Below are positions 30,669-41,274 of a DNA stretch of 64,000 nt, piece after piece. This stretch comes from OCS155 cluster bacterium AG-349-E07 (lineage in GTDB: Bacteria > Actinomycetota > Acidimicrobiia > Actinomarinales > Actinomarinaceae): contig QCCZ01000001.1 of the NCBI GenBank assembly GCA_003281085.1, positions 99,452 to 163,451 of the forward strand, given 5' to 3'. Under the pieces are notes generated by a model, which made no database searches, was not told the DNA's origin, and saw only the letters and a list, made by a program, of their open reading frames with translations. A program made the position numbers and the translations under genes. Positions within the stretch are counted from its first letter, which is position 1, and each line of letters starts with the position of its first letter.

Positions 30669-31868
30669 ATGACGATTCCAGAAATAGATTTTCCAAGCAG
30701 TGATTCAGATTTTATTAAAGACCCGTACCCCTTAATGAAAGATTTGAGAGAAATGTCACCAGTAGTACTAGATAAAACAACTGACTTACAACTTGTGACA
30801 AGATTTGATGGTGTTAAGAATATTCAAACAAGTAAGAATTTTTCATCTAGTCCACCCAATGATTTAGAAGGTTCGGAATCTTCAATTATCGATCCTAAGG
30901 AATATGAATACTTTTGGAAAACTGAGGAATTCTCCCTACTTAACCTAGAAGGTCAGTTGCATGGTGATTTAAGAAATCTCGTTGCAAAAGCTTTTTCGAA
31001 TAGGCAAGTACAGGAACTGAGGCCTTTCATGGAAAATAAGTCTTCAAGTTTATTGGAGGGTTTAAAAGGTGAAGAATTTGACCTACTCAAAGATTATGCA
31101 CAGCCGTATTCAATTTCTGTAATTGGAAAATTACTAGGTGTTCCAGAAGACATGTATGAAAGATTTTTAGATTGGTCTAACAAAATTGTAAAAATGTATG
31201 ACTTAAAAGTAAGTGACGAGGACTCTGCTGATGCAGAAAATGCAGCTAAAGAATTCTATGAATATACATTGTCGCTTATAGACCAGAAAGTGAACACTCC
31301 TGGAGATGATATGATTACAAGACTTGCTAATGTAACTGAAAATGATCAGAAGTTAACTAAGGATCAGATAATCTGTACAGTTATTTTGTTGCTCAATGCT
31401 GGTCATGAGGCAACAGTAAATACTATTGGCAACTCTATTGTGACGCTTGCAAATAATAATATTGATACATTGAATCTTGATAAAAAATATAATATCAAAA
31501 ACATTATCGAAGAGCTTATAAGATTTGATAGTCCCCTTCAGTTCTTCCAGAGATGGGTTTTAGACGATGATTATGTCGGAGGTGTAGAAGTAAAAAAACA
31601 CTCTAAAGTGGCCATATTATTAGGGTCTGCAAATAGAGATGCGGATAGTTTTATGGAGCCAGACCAAATAAACTTTGAAAGATCGAATCTTAGTCATACT
31701 AGTTTTGGAGGTGGAGTACATTTTTGTTTAGGAGCCCATCTAGCAAGATTGGAACTGGAGGTTTCTTTTCACAACCTATTTTCAAATTCTATTTTGTTAG
31801 AAAGCCAACCTGAAAGAACTGGTGCATTTGGAATACGTGGCTACAAGGAAATAAAAGTAAAAATCTAA
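30669..31868 (+). CDS. Cytochrome P450
   Basis: LLNAGHEAT I-helix, EELIR, SANRD, FGGGVHFCLG heme motif. Confidence 0.96.
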   Translation: MTIPEIDFPSSDSDFIKDPYPLMKDLREMSPVVLDKTTDLQLVTRFDGVKNIQTSKNFSSSPPNDLEGSESSIIDPKEYEYFWKTEEFSLLNLEGQLHGDLRNLVAKAFSNRQVQELRPFMENKSSSLLEGLKGEEFDLLKDYAQPYSISVIGKLLGVPEDMYERFLDWSNKIVKMYDLKVSDEDSADAENAAKEFYEYTLSLIDQKVNTPGDDMITRLANVTENDQKLTKDQIICTVILLLNAGHEATVNTIGNSIVTLANNNIDTLNLDKKYNIKNIIEELIRFDSPLQFFQRWVLDDDYVGGVEVKKHSKVAILLGSANRDADSFMEPDQINFERSNLSHTSFGGGVHFCLGAHLARLELEVSFHNLFSNSILLESQPERTGAFGIRGYKEIKVKI

Positions 31869-31912
31869 ACTTTTTTAGTGTTTAATAAGTATGTTCGCCC
31901 TAATATTCACAT

Positions 31913-33079
31913 ATGGGGAAATCTAAAAAATACGGCATGAATACTAAAGCACTTCATGCAAACAAAAGGTTCGAACCTATCTCAGGCGATGTCATGCCTC
32001 CTCTTCATTTATCCACTACATATATAAATGATGTGCCGGGTGAGTCAGAATATTTTTACGGGAGAGTAAATAATCCAACTAGAGAGTTGTTTGAACGAAC
32101 TCTTGCCTCGCTAGAAGGTATTGAAAATTACGAAGAACAGCATGCATTTGCTATGGCTTCAGGTATGTCTGCCATTAGCTTGATAGCGGAACTGGCAAAA
32201 CCCGGTGACAATGTGGTAATAACAAAAGATGTCTATGGAGGAACAACCAATTATTTTTCAAAAATTATTAGAGAACGCGGTGTAGAGGTTAATTTTTGTG
32301 ATTTTGCAGATACAGAAAAGCTGGACAGTCTACTTAATGAGAAAACAAAACTGGCATGGATTGAATCTCCTTCAAACCCGTCTATGAATTTATATGATTT
32401 ACAAAAAATATCTGAAATTGTTCACAGCTACCCAACACTTCTAGTTGCTGACGGCACATTCTCAACACCATTTATAACAAGACCTTTTGAACATGGTGTA
32501 GACATCATAATGCACTCCACGACAAAGTATATTGGCGGGCACAGCGACACATTAGGTGGTGCCGTGGTTTGTAAAGATCCCGAACTTCATGAGACTTTAA
32601 TGCTATATCAAAGACAAGGCGGAGCGATAATGTCTCCTTTTGATTCTTATCTTGTCCAGAGAGGACTCTACTCACTTGGTCCTAGAATTAAATTACATTC
32701 TGAAAATGCTCATAAATTAGCAGAATATTTAGAAAACTCAGAACACATCAGGGAAGTAAGATATCCAGGCCTTAAAGGATTTGAAAATCATGAAATTGCT
32801 ATAAAACAAATGAATTATTTTGGAGGTATGCTTAGTTTTTATCTCGAGGAGAATATTAACCAAGAGAAATTTTGGAAATCTCTTGAGCTTTACAAGTTGG
32901 CAGTGAGTCTTGGAGGGGTTGAAACATTGATTGAGCTTCCATATCTGATGACTCACGATAACGCTCAAGAAACAGAGGCTAGTGCTCCAATAGACTTAAT
33001 TAGAGTTTCCACAGGGCTTGAAAACATTGAAGACTTAATTGAAGATATGGACACAGCCTTAAATGCAGCAAAAAAATAA
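31913..33079 (+). CDS. Cys/Met metabolism PLP enzyme (cystathionine gamma-synthase/lyase)
   Basis: YGRVNNPT, SGMSAI, ESPSNP, HSTTKYIGGHSD, SLGGVETLI. Confidence 0.93.
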   Translation: MGKSKKYGMNTKALHANKRFEPISGDVMPPLHLSTTYINDVPGESEYFYGRVNNPTRELFERTLASLEGIENYEEQHAFAMASGMSAISLIAELAKPGDNVVITKDVYGGTTNYFSKIIRERGVEVNFCDFADTEKLDSLLNEKTKLAWIESPSNPSMNLYDLQKISEIVHSYPTLLVADGTFSTPFITRPFEHGVDIIMHSTTKYIGGHSDTLGGAVVCKDPELHETLMLYQRQGGAIMSPFDSYLVQRGLYSLGPRIKLHSENAHKLAEYLENSEHIREVRYPGLKGFENHEIAIKQMNYFGGMLSFYLEENINQEKFWKSLELYKLAVSLGGVETLIELPYLMTHDNAQETEASAPIDLIRVSTGLENIEDLIEDMDTALNAAKK

Positions 33080-34022
33080 TTTAAACTCCAATTATTTTTC
33101 TTACGCAATATATTCAGTATTTTTAACGGCTTTACTCTTTATTGTCTTTGGTGCAAATGGTTGGGGAGCCGCAGCAGAAAATGAACAAGCTATTGGGGAA
33201 ATTTCTAGATGGTGTGAAAGGGTAAGTGGAGGTTTTTTTAGAGAACCATCTAACACACTTGGTAATCTCGGTTTTGTGGTAGTTGGCCTTTATATGTTTT
33301 ACAAGTTGTCAGATGATGCGACCAACAACAAGTCACCTATGTTTGGTTCTTACAAAATTGCTTTGTTATATGCTACAGCATCTACATTTTTGGGTCCAGG
33401 CTCCATGGCAATGCATGGAACTCACACACGATTTGGTGCTTGGTTAGATAATGTTTCTATGATTGCTTACATTCTGCTTCTCTGGATATACAACTTAAAA
33501 AAATTAACTCATTTCTCAAATAGGGTTTATTTTTCATCCTATACAATATTGCTTGTTTACTATGCATACAGCTATTGGTATTTAGATTCTGGACTTGGAA
33601 TAGGAGTAAATTTATTTGAATTAAGCATAGGACTTTGGATAGCAACTGAGGTATTAGTAAAGTTTCCAAATCTATTTGGAAGGATAGTGTCAGGATTAAC
33701 CGTCTTGTTAATTCAGCAGCTTTTTGGTAGCCCTGTAGTTGAGTCTTTACTAGATTTTCAAAATAATTGGGAGATGCTCCTATATTTTGCTCCAGCGTTA
33801 TTGCCAAATATAAAACCAAACATTAAAAGGACATACACTCCGTGGTTATTTATTGGATTTGCCTCGTTTTTTGGCGCTGTATTGATATGGGGAACTGGTG
33901 TTCCTGATCATCCATGGTGTAACCCTGATTCATGGCTTCAAGCTCATATGATATGGCATCTTTTGTGCGCACTTGCAACATTAAGCTTTTTCAACTTTTA
34001 TAGACAAGAGACTAAAAAGTAA
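33063..34022 (+). CDS. Ceramidase-like (CREST superfamily) membrane hydrolase
   Basis: WCE, EPSNTLGN, GSMAMH, LD, QAHMIWH. Confidence 0.8.
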   Translation: MQQKNNLNSNYFSYAIYSVFLTALLFIVFGANGWGAAAENEQAIGEISRWCERVSGGFFREPSNTLGNLGFVVVGLYMFYKLSDDATNNKSPMFGSYKIALLYATASTFLGPGSMAMHGTHTRFGAWLDNVSMIAYILLLWIYNLKKLTHFSNRVYFSSYTILLVYYAYSYWYLDSGLGIGVNLFELSIGLWIATEVLVKFPNLFGRIVSGLTVLLIQQLFGSPVVESLLDFQNNWEMLLYFAPALLPNIKPNIKRTYTPWLFIGFASFFGAVLIWGTGVPDHPWCNPDSWLQAHMIWHLLCALATLSFFNFYRQETKK

Positions 34023-34416
34023 TGGTCTCTATCCAGTCTGATATTTCTTGAACTGTTTGCGTATAAATTTTTAGGGCATGTTCTTCTGAATCATAATGAT
34101 CTCTTTTTGGGTCAACAAAAGATTTATGTATTCTATTTTTTGCATTAGGAAAAACTGGACAAAGTTCATTTGCTGAATCACAAACAGTTAAAACATAATC
34201 AAATTCAGTATCAAGGAAGTCATCTACTAATTTTGGATAGTGACTGCTAATATCAATTTCTTTTTCTTGCATAACTCTTACAGCGTAAGGATTAACATTT
34301 GATTCGGGGTGTGTTCCTGCCGAAAAAACTTCAAAATCTGGAAATCTATTCTTGATTAAGCCTTCTGCTATTTGAGAACGACATGAATTCCCAGTACACA
34401 CAACAAGTATCTTCAT
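34012..34416 (-). CDS. arsC: Arsenate reductase (thioredoxin-dependent, LMW-PTP fold)
   Basis: CTGNSCRSQ, TVCD, CP, DP. Confidence 0.9.
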   Translation of the reverse strand: MKILVVCTGNSCRSQIAEGLIKNRFPDFEVFSAGTHPESNVNPYAVRVMQEKEIDISSHYPKLVDDFLDTEFDYVLTVCDSANELCPVFPNAKNRIHKSFVDPKRDHYDSEEHALKIYTQTVQEISDWIETITF

Positions 34417-34450
34417 AGAACTATTTTAAATCATACTGTATTGTTTAAGT

Positions 34451-34747
34451 ATGAGTTCAACAGAAAGTACCGAAAGAAAAACCACCCGAACCATAGAAAA
34501 AGTTGTTATGTCTTTTATGTATCTTTTATTTGGTGTCATGTTATTAGCTGTGGCTTTTAGTGGTGAACCTACCGGATTATTTGTAGTATTGCCGATTGCT
34601 ATTTTTAGTATTGGTTTAACTAAATGGGGATTGAAGTGGCAAAACGATAGGTATATCCGCTCTGCAAAAAATGTAGATGCTATTGAAGTACTTTCTGTAG
34701 AAATAAGGGAATTAAAGAAAAGAGTAGAAGATTTGGAGAAAAAATGA
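34451..34747 (+). CDS. Hypothetical 2-TM protein with C-terminal coiled coil
   Basis: TATTGT-6nt-ATG; ATGA overlap with the next gene. Confidence 0.75.
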   Translation: MSSTESTERKTTRTIEKVVMSFMYLLFGVMLLAVAFSGEPTGLFVVLPIAIFSIGLTKWGLKWQNDRYIRSAKNVDAIEVLSVEIRELKKRVEDLEKK

Positions 34748-35226
34748 TATCTGTTGAACTTTTAGCAAAACATATGGCCTGGGCAAACCAAGAGATTTTT
34801 AAAGAAGTGAAAAAACTTGGTCCAGACGTACTTGATTACTATGTTGTCGATGAAGAATGGACAGTTAAAACAATAATGGTACATATCGTTGCTGCTTCAT
34901 ACTTATATAGTCAAAGATTACAAGAAAAACCCTTTTCTAAGATTGAATTTGATATGGACAGCCCTGATTTAATTGATGACTTGCTTTCGGCTCTTGAGAA
35001 TATTGATAAAGATTTAATAGAACAAGCTTATAAAGATGATAAAGAGATTGAATATGAAACATCAAAAGGTATGAGATCGAACAAAATCTCATTTATATTG
35101 TCTATGATGATTTTTCATGCCACAGAACATAGAGCTCAAATTGTTGCAGCTTTAGACAAAAATAATGAGAGAAGCATAAATTTAGACGAATATAGTATTT
35201 ATGGTTATGTTCAACAACAACGCTAA
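34744..35226 (+). CDS. DinB family protein
   Basis: HMAWAN, H, HATEHRAQI. Confidence 0.87.
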   Translation: MISVELLAKHMAWANQEIFKEVKKLGPDVLDYYVVDEEWTVKTIMVHIVAASYLYSQRLQEKPFSKIEFDMDSPDLIDDLLSALENIDKDLIEQAYKDDKEIEYETSKGMRSNKISFILSMMIFHATEHRAQIVAALDKNNERSINLDEYSIYGYVQQQR

Positions 35227-35528
35227 GAGGTTTGTTTTTTTACCCAATCATCATATTCAGGAAGTGTATAGGTAGGTTCTAAAACTGTAATTTTTGGAAG
35301 TTCGTATGGATGTCTTTGCGTTATGTTTTCTACAACTTCTCGCATAAGAGATTCTTTTGTGTACATAGATATTTCAAATTCTTGCTCTTCTACTAGTTCT
35401 TCTTTCCATTTATAAGAAGATTGGATTTTATGAAAAGTTCCACATGCAATTTTGTTTGTTTCAACTAACAATTTAATCAATTCTTTGGCTTTTTTATCAT
35501 CATCAACTGTGGTTTGAATTATTATCAT
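35223..35528 (-). CDS. cutA: Divalent-cation tolerance protein CutA
   Basis: IAC, SYKW, HPYELP, Y..W. Confidence 0.92.
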   Translation of the reverse strand: MIIIQTTVDDDKKAKELIKLLVETNKIACGTFHKIQSSYKWKEELVEEQEFEISMYTKESLMREVVENITQRHPYELPKITVLEPTYTLPEYDDWVKKQTS

Positions 35529-36364
35529 AAATCTAAATTAAGTTCATTCGCCGTAAAAGTCCAGAGTTTATTTCTGAGCTCCTCGTTATAAACAAGTTTA
35601 TTATGTTGCATGGTTGCTGGTTGACCATAGAAGCCAAAGATTTTTGGGGCATAAACATGTTCTGCAGAAACATTATCTGCTTCAATCGCCTGAATAATAG
35701 GGGCTATCCCTGTTTGAATGTTTGTAGAAAAGTATGTGTAAAAAGATTTCTTAATTTTTTTGACTTCATAAGGTCTTGATTGCCTTGACTTTGTTACCCC
35801 TGGATGTGCAGTAGCAACCGAGATAGAAGTTTTTTTAAGTTTATTCTCTAACTCAAGTGAAAACATTGACCTAAATAAATTTGTAAGGTTGTACCTACTG
35901 CTTGGAGAAAATCCCATTTTTGAATGAAGAAAGTCCAAATTAAACTCTCTAGCAAGATACATCGAAAGACTCGTTACCTGAACAATTCTTCCTGAGCTTC
36001 TATGTAAGTTTTCTAAAAGCATTAAAGCTAATCTATAAGCACCGAAATAATTAACTGCAATCATTGACTCATAGCTTTCTTCGGTAAGTTCAAAATCCCT
36101 ATAAATTAAACCTGCATTATTGTATAAAACGTCAATCTCTGAGAAATGAGTATTAATTTGTTTTACAAACTGTAAGACACTTGCTGGTTTTGATAAATCT
36201 AATTCTAAAAAGTGCGCATTGTTGCCAAGATACTCCTCAGCCATCTTTCCTTTTACATTATCTCTACAGCCAATTATGACTTTGTAGTTTTTAGAAATTA
36301 AATCTTTTGCAACTGCTAGACCTATGCCTTTGTTGCCACCTGTGATTATTGCTGTTTTTGACAT
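35525..36364 (-). CDS. Short-chain dehydrogenase/reductase (retinol dehydrogenase-like)
   Basis: TGGNKGIG, LDL, NNAG, VNY, AHPG. Confidence 0.88.
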   Translation of the reverse strand: MSKTAIITGGNKGIGLAVAKDLISKNYKVIIGCRDNVKGKMAEEYLGNNAHFLELDLSKPASVLQFVKQINTHFSEIDVLYNNAGLIYRDFELTEESYESMIAVNYFGAYRLALMLLENLHRSSGRIVQVTSLSMYLAREFNLDFLHSKMGFSPSSRYNLTNLFRSMFSLELENKLKKTSISVATAHPGVTKSRQSRPYEVKKIKKSFYTYFSTNIQTGIAPIIQAIEADNVSAEHVYAPKIFGFYGQPATMQHNKLVYNEELRNKLWTFTANELNLDL

Positions 36365-36400
36365 TTTTTATTTAGTTTATTAATACCTACAATTAAAGAA

Positions 36401-36622
36401 ATGTATTATTTATTAACTGGAATTGTTATAGTTTCGATACTCAGATACTTTAATTTAATTCCAAAAATGACAAGCAAGTTTTGGACATATGTTGATTATG
36501 CTTTAGTTCTTATAGCTTTTGTATTACTTTTATCGAGAATACCTCCTTTTTTCTCAGGAATTTTACTGACCGTTGTAGCTGGATATGCATGGCGAAAAGG
36601 TTTTTTTGATAAATTTCGTTAA
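36401..36622 (+). CDS. Small hypothetical membrane protein
   Basis: 3 hydrophobic segments; TACAAT upstream. Confidence 0.7.
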   Translation: MYYLLTGIVIVSILRYFNLIPKMTSKFWTYVDYALVLIAFVLLLSRIPPFFSGILLTVVAGYAWRKGFFDKFR

Positions 36623-36650
36623 CTGATTGCTTCGTTGTTATGCTTGGATA

Positions 36651-37202
36651 ATGATAAGAATATTCGACTTTTTATTTTCTTTTTTTGGATTGTTGGTACT
36701 ATCTCCAGTTCTTTTAATTTTATTTGTAATTACTTATTTTGATACTGGCTCACCATTGTTTCGCCAAGAAAGAATTGGTAGGTTTGAGGAGCCTTTTACT
36801 CTAATAAAATTTCGTACGATGCAGTTTGATACAGCATCAGTTGCAAGCCACTTGGTCGATAAATCAGCAATAACACCTATTGGTTCATTCTTGCGTAAAT
36901 CACACCTAGATGAACTTCCACAACTTTGGAATGTATTAAAAGGTAATATGAGTTTAGTCGGTCCTCGTCCAGCTTTGTTTAGCCAGGAAAAATTAAGAGA
37001 CGCAAGAAAAAAATACGATGTTTATAGAGTACGCCCAGGTATTACTGGGCTTTCACAAGTTAGTGGTCTTGACACTTCTACCCCCGAGCTTCTTGCTGAG
37101 ACTGATGCAAAGATGATACAAAATTTATCTTTAATCGATTACTTTAAATTTATTATCGCAACTGCTAGTGGAAAAGGTGGGGGTGATGCAGCTCAGCGAT
37201 AA
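36651..37202 (+). CDS. Sugar transferase (polyprenyl-phosphate phosphoglycosyltransferase, PglC/WcaJ-type)
   Basis: RIFD, KFRTM, LDELPQLWNVLKGNMSLVGPRP, PGITGL; start at TATGCT-6nt-ATG. Confidence 0.92.
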   Translation: MIRIFDFLFSFFGLLVLSPVLLILFVITYFDTGSPLFRQERIGRFEEPFTLIKFRTMQFDTASVASHLVDKSAITPIGSFLRKSHLDELPQLWNVLKGNMSLVGPRPALFSQEKLRDARKKYDVYRVRPGITGLSQVSGLDTSTPELLAETDAKMIQNLSLIDYFKFIIATASGKGGGDAAQR

Positions 37203-37206
37203 TTTT

Positions 37207-38670
37207 TTATTCATTAGGAAGTATTGACATAAGCTCATCTTCAGAACTGTTCATAATAAAATTTCTAAATTCTTTTTCATATGAAATATAGTCCTTTCCA
37301 AATGTATTTTGGAAATTTTCAGGAAATAAAATACCTGACTGTGAATTGATCCAAAAGTCATACATTGTTTGTTCTCCATGAGTATTTGTTAAGTAAGCTA
37401 TAAACCATGCACCAACTTGATAACCTACAGCCCAATCACTTTCCCATGTAACGTTATATAATTCAGGTCCATCTAAATATCGTTCTTTTATTGTTGGTTG
37501 ATTATCTCCACAATAACAACTGAACAATCCACCATACATTTCATTTTCTAAATGAGAGAAATCATTTATGTCTCGGGAGTAATAAAGATGTGAAAAATAT
37601 GTGGCATATCCCTCCATCCAGAACGGTTTGTCCCTTTTGTCATCTCCTATTCTCTTGCCAGTAATTTTTTGTTGTAATTCATAGTCAAAATCTATAACAT
37701 TCGAAATCTGGAAGATATGATACATTTCATGAATAGTTACATATGCTTGTGATCTACTATCCCAGGATAAATCAAATGAACCACTTATAAAAAGATAACA
37801 ACATTCTCTATTGCTAGGTGCTCCGCTAATAGAAGAGCCTGAGACTCTTCCACCATCTGTAAACAATCCGATACTTCCGTCGGCTTTCCTGTCATGATTC
37901 TGCGGATTACATCGAGAATTATTAAATGTTGTGGGATATTCGTCATTTATGTATTGGCAATATTCTTCCTCTAAGGTGATTGCGGATTGATAATTTTCAG
38001 AGTCTAGTTGTACAACCAGTATTGGATATAAGTTTTCTCTTTTTACACGTATATCTGTAAACAAAATCTGTTCTGTATATTCAATATATTTTGTGAGAAT
38101 ATCAATGTGTTGATCTGAGATAGTTGATGCTTTAAAAACTTTTACATCTCTATAATCAAGATAGTTCTCAGATGATGGGATTGTTGTTCTTGGTGTAGAA
38201 CTAGATTGGTCAGTATTGCCAAATCTCTCTTGGTATTTCATTCCAACGGTTCCATACATCTGTGGTACATTTGCGTACTCATTGTTTATAAATGCAAATA
38301 GATTTCTGTACTCTTCTGTGAAAGCTTCTGGATAATTCTGAAAGTAACTATTTAAATCGTTCATATATTGTTCAAGTTCATTGGCATAGCTAAAAACGAA
38401 TTCTAAATTATCTCTATATTGACGAAGACATTCTTCTGATGTTGAGTCTATATCTTGAGCATCACTACATAATTCATTAACAAGTTTTGAATTATAGATA
38501 TCAATAATATCAAAATTAACCGATGGTATAGGTGGTATAGATTCCTCTTGACTAACTTCAGGTGTCGTATTTTGATTTTCATTTATGGTTGGTTGTAAAG
38601 ATTCTTCTGGTGTCGATGATGTTCCGCCACACATAAAAAATATCAATAACAAAGACAGGTGTCTTTTCAT
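37207..38670 (-). CDS. Putative lipoprotein zinc metallopeptidase
   Basis: Signal peptide + CGG; HEMYH followed by WMEGYA (gluzincin-type). Confidence 0.75.
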   Translation of the reverse strand: MKRHLSLLLIFFMCGGTSSTPEESLQPTINENQNTTPEVSQEESIPPIPSVNFDIIDIYNSKLVNELCSDAQDIDSTSEECLRQYRDNLEFVFSYANELEQYMNDLNSYFQNYPEAFTEEYRNLFAFINNEYANVPQMYGTVGMKYQERFGNTDQSSSTPRTTIPSSENYLDYRDVKVFKASTISDQHIDILTKYIEYTEQILFTDIRVKRENLYPILVVQLDSENYQSAITLEEEYCQYINDEYPTTFNNSRCNPQNHDRKADGSIGLFTDGGRVSGSSISGAPSNRECCYLFISGSFDLSWDSRSQAYVTIHEMYHIFQISNVIDFDYELQQKITGKRIGDDKRDKPFWMEGYATYFSHLYYSRDINDFSHLENEMYGGLFSCYCGDNQPTIKERYLDGPELYNVTWESDWAVGYQVGAWFIAYLTNTHGEQTMYDFWINSQSGILFPENFQNTFGKDYISYEKEFRNFIMNSSEDELMSILPNE

Positions 38671-38804
38671 TCGTAATACCTATTGTTGTATAACAGCCAC
38701 CTCACACAAAATATTACAATGACAATCGAAAATAGCATTGTAATGTTTGGAAATAAGTACAGAAGTGTTATAGATCCAATAATCGTTAAAAAAATTACCA
38801 ACAT
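38667..38804 (-). CDS. Unannotated 45-aa membrane protein MLVIFLTIIGSITLLYLFPNITMLFSIVIVIFCVRWLLYNNRYYE
   Basis: Fills the gap exactly: starts 1 nt after the upstream stop and has an ATGA overlap with the peptidase. Confidence 0.7.
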   Translation of the reverse strand: MLVIFLTIIGSITLLYLFPNITMLFSIVIVIFCVRWLLYNNRYYE

Positions 38805-38805
38805 T

Positions 38806-39471
38806 TTATGTTGTTCCTGGTTTATAAAATACTTTATTCTTACCTTTAACTAAATGATACTTTTCCATCAAAGCTTCTTTATCTTGCTCTACAGAATTAG
38901 TTAAGGACATTGCTTCCATCAATTCAAATCTTCTATTCTCATAATCAATCTTTGTAGGTACCACGGTAGCATCCAAGGCTTTTCCAATATAGTGAAAACC
39001 ACTTTTAATTGTCTGATTGGTTTTCATCTCTCCCTCAACTGTGAGATACAGGATAAACTTCTCTTTTGACTCAAGCTGTTCAATTACTTGTTTAGTAACT
39101 CCGGTTGATTTAGCCCGCCAAACCGGAATTCCACCAAATTCATGAAGGACTCTATTTTGAAATTTTCCAAAAGGATGTGGGATACCTAACTTATCTGGAT
39201 TTTTTTTAAATGGTAGCGGTACGACAATTCGTGTGAACATTGAGACGGAACCAAGAAAATGAAATTTTAAATCTGTTGCCAAACATACAAAATAGGCATA
39301 TATAGCATCGAAGGTAGATGAGTGAGGAGCCGAAGCAATTATGATTCTTTTTTTATCAGGAAGATATCCGACTACATCCCAATTAATAACTTTTAAAACG
39401 AATCTTCCAAATGGCCCAAGAAATTTTCTTACTCTAATTGGATGATTTTCTGTCTTAATAATCTGATCCAT
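38806..39471 (-). CDS. PlsC-family acyltransferase
   Basis: APHSSTFD (HxxxxD), GGIPV, EG, GF. Confidence 0.85.
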   Translation of the reverse strand: MDQIIKTENHPIRVRKFLGPFGRFVLKVINWDVVGYLPDKKRIIIASAPHSSTFDAIYAYFVCLATDLKFHFLGSVSMFTRIVVPLPFKKNPDKLGIPHPFGKFQNRVLHEFGGIPVWRAKSTGVTKQVIEQLESKEKFILYLTVEGEMKTNQTIKSGFHYIGKALDATVVPTKIDYENRRFELMEAMSLTNSVEQDKEALMEKYHLVKGKNKVFYKPGTT

Positions 39472-39480
39472 GTACTTATG

Positions 39481-40770
39481 CTAATTATTTGTTATCTCTT
39501 TTACCTGCCTTGAGAGATTTCTTAAATTTTTGTTATTGAAATTTAAAATCCATATTCCTACATACAATATTCCTACAATAAAAAATAGAAAAGCATAGCC
39601 TCTTCCGTGACCTAAACCAACAAACGGAGAGAGTAATTCAATATTGTTTGGATAAAAATCAAACTCTAGATAATCTCCCAGAGGACCTGCAATAATAACA
39701 CCTAGTGGTCTTAGCATCTGGGCAATGGTACCTCTTAATGCTAAAGCTCTTCCTCTGATATCTTCTGTAGTTATAGCTAGCCATGCGCCTGAAGAAACCG
39801 TATATTGGACTGTCCCACTAACACCGTTAATAATCCCATGTATGCATAGAAGAATTATGCTTGGTCTAAGAGAACCTAAGATTAAGCTTATTCCACCTAA
39901 AAGACCCATATAAATCGCTACCTTTAAATTTCCTTGAAGCTTGTCTGCGAATCGTAGGGAAATTATCGAACCTAGTAGAAAAGCTAGACCAATGCTTGAT
40001 TCAACAATGCCTAGGCCTCTTGCGTCTGTGAAACTAAGTATCATCGGAGGGAGTAAAACCTGAGTAAAGCCCCAGAGAAAGTTACAAACACCCAGAATAA
40101 GTACTAAAGAAAGTAGGCCTTTCTGTTTCTTCAGCCAATTGTATGCTTCAGTTAAATCAAAATAAACATTTTTAATACTTAAATCACTTTTTACCTCAGT
40201 TTTGCTGCTTTTGAAAAAGGTAATGGTTGCAATTCCAAAAAAACAGGTAACTATATCTACAATTATTACACCTGTTAATCCAAAAAATGAATAAATAAAA
40301 GCTCCGCCAATAGGGCCAATAAGAACTGATATCGCTTCGGCACTTTCAAATAATGCTGAGACTTTTGTTACTTCATTTTTTTTGACGACGTCACCCAAAA
40401 AAGCACTCCAAGTTGTCCAGTGAGCTATTTCAAAAACACCAAATGCTAATGCAAATGGAATCAAAAGAGTTAATGTCAACATATCATTTAATGCTAAATA
40501 ACCAATAAGGCACATCAGTGCAGCAATAATCAAATCAAAACTAATTATCAATTTTTTCCGTGGAAACCTATCTGCTAATACTCCTCCAAACGGCCCAGTA
40601 ATTACGCCAACTATTGCAACAATAAATAATATTGATGAAAGTGCGCTTGCTTTGCCTGTTGTTTCATATATCCAAACACCAATTGCAAAAAAAGACATCG
40701 CAGAACCTGTCCAAGAAACAGTTTGTCCAAACCACAGAAAATATACTTTTTTGCTCATAATGACTTTCAA
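39481..40770 (-). CDS. MFS transporter (DHA3/macrolide-efflux-like)
   Basis: LWFGQTVS, GVLADRFPRK, about 12 TM. Confidence 0.9.
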   Translation of the reverse strand: MKVIMSKKVYFLWFGQTVSWTGSAMSFFAIGVWIYETTGKASALSSILFIVAIVGVITGPFGGVLADRFPRKKLIISFDLIIAALMCLIGYLALNDMLTLTLLIPFALAFGVFEIAHWTTWSAFLGDVVKKNEVTKVSALFESAEAISVLIGPIGGAFIYSFFGLTGVIIVDIVTCFFGIATITFFKSSKTEVKSDLSIKNVYFDLTEAYNWLKKQKGLLSLVLILGVCNFLWGFTQVLLPPMILSFTDARGLGIVESSIGLAFLLGSIISLRFADKLQGNLKVAIYMGLLGGISLILGSLRPSIILLCIHGIINGVSGTVQYTVSSGAWLAITTEDIRGRALALRGTIAQMLRPLGVIIAGPLGDYLEFDFYPNNIELLSPFVGLGHGRGYAFLFFIVGILYVGIWILNFNNKNLRNLSRQVKEITNN

Positions 40771-40828
40771 GTAGAGATAATAGTTGTATTTGAATGCTAC
40801 GTAAGTTGTCTTATTTTTTAAGGTTGAA

Positions 40829-41191
40829 TTAGTAAATTAACACTCTATCTGCCTCAAAAGTAAGTTCAACAAGTTTATTTGGAGTAGCAGGAGTAAAGCC
40901 TAAAGATTCTAATTGGTCTTTAGTTATTCCCCTTGCTTGCGCAGATTTACCGGAGGCATAAAGAACGGCACCTTTTAGTTTTAATTCTTCTAAATGATCT
41001 GAAAGAGTCCCGAGTCCAACACCTTGCATTTCTTTTGTTGTGATGTCATGAAGAGAAGTTACTCCGTCCCCTGCACAGAATATGGTGACTTCATTACCAT
41101 CTTCTATTGCTGATTTGGCAACCAGAAATCCCAATACTGAACGACTAGGATTTTCAACTCCCGTAATAATATGCACTAATAATTTACCCAT
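40829..41191 (-). CDS. DsrE-family protein
   Basis: HIITG..NP, VTIFCAGDGV, ARGI, ADRVLIY. Confidence 0.85.
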   Translation of the reverse strand: MGKLLVHIITGVENPSRSVLGFLVAKSAIEDGNEVTIFCAGDGVTSLHDITTKEMQGVGLGTLSDHLEELKLKGAVLYASGKSAQARGITKDQLESLGFTPATPNKLVELTFEADRVLIY

Positions 41192-41274
41192 GTAATGAAT
41201 AATAAAAGATTATATTTTTGAATATGTTGTTTTTTAAAATTAAGCTGAAAGATACAAAGATTAATTACAAAAAA

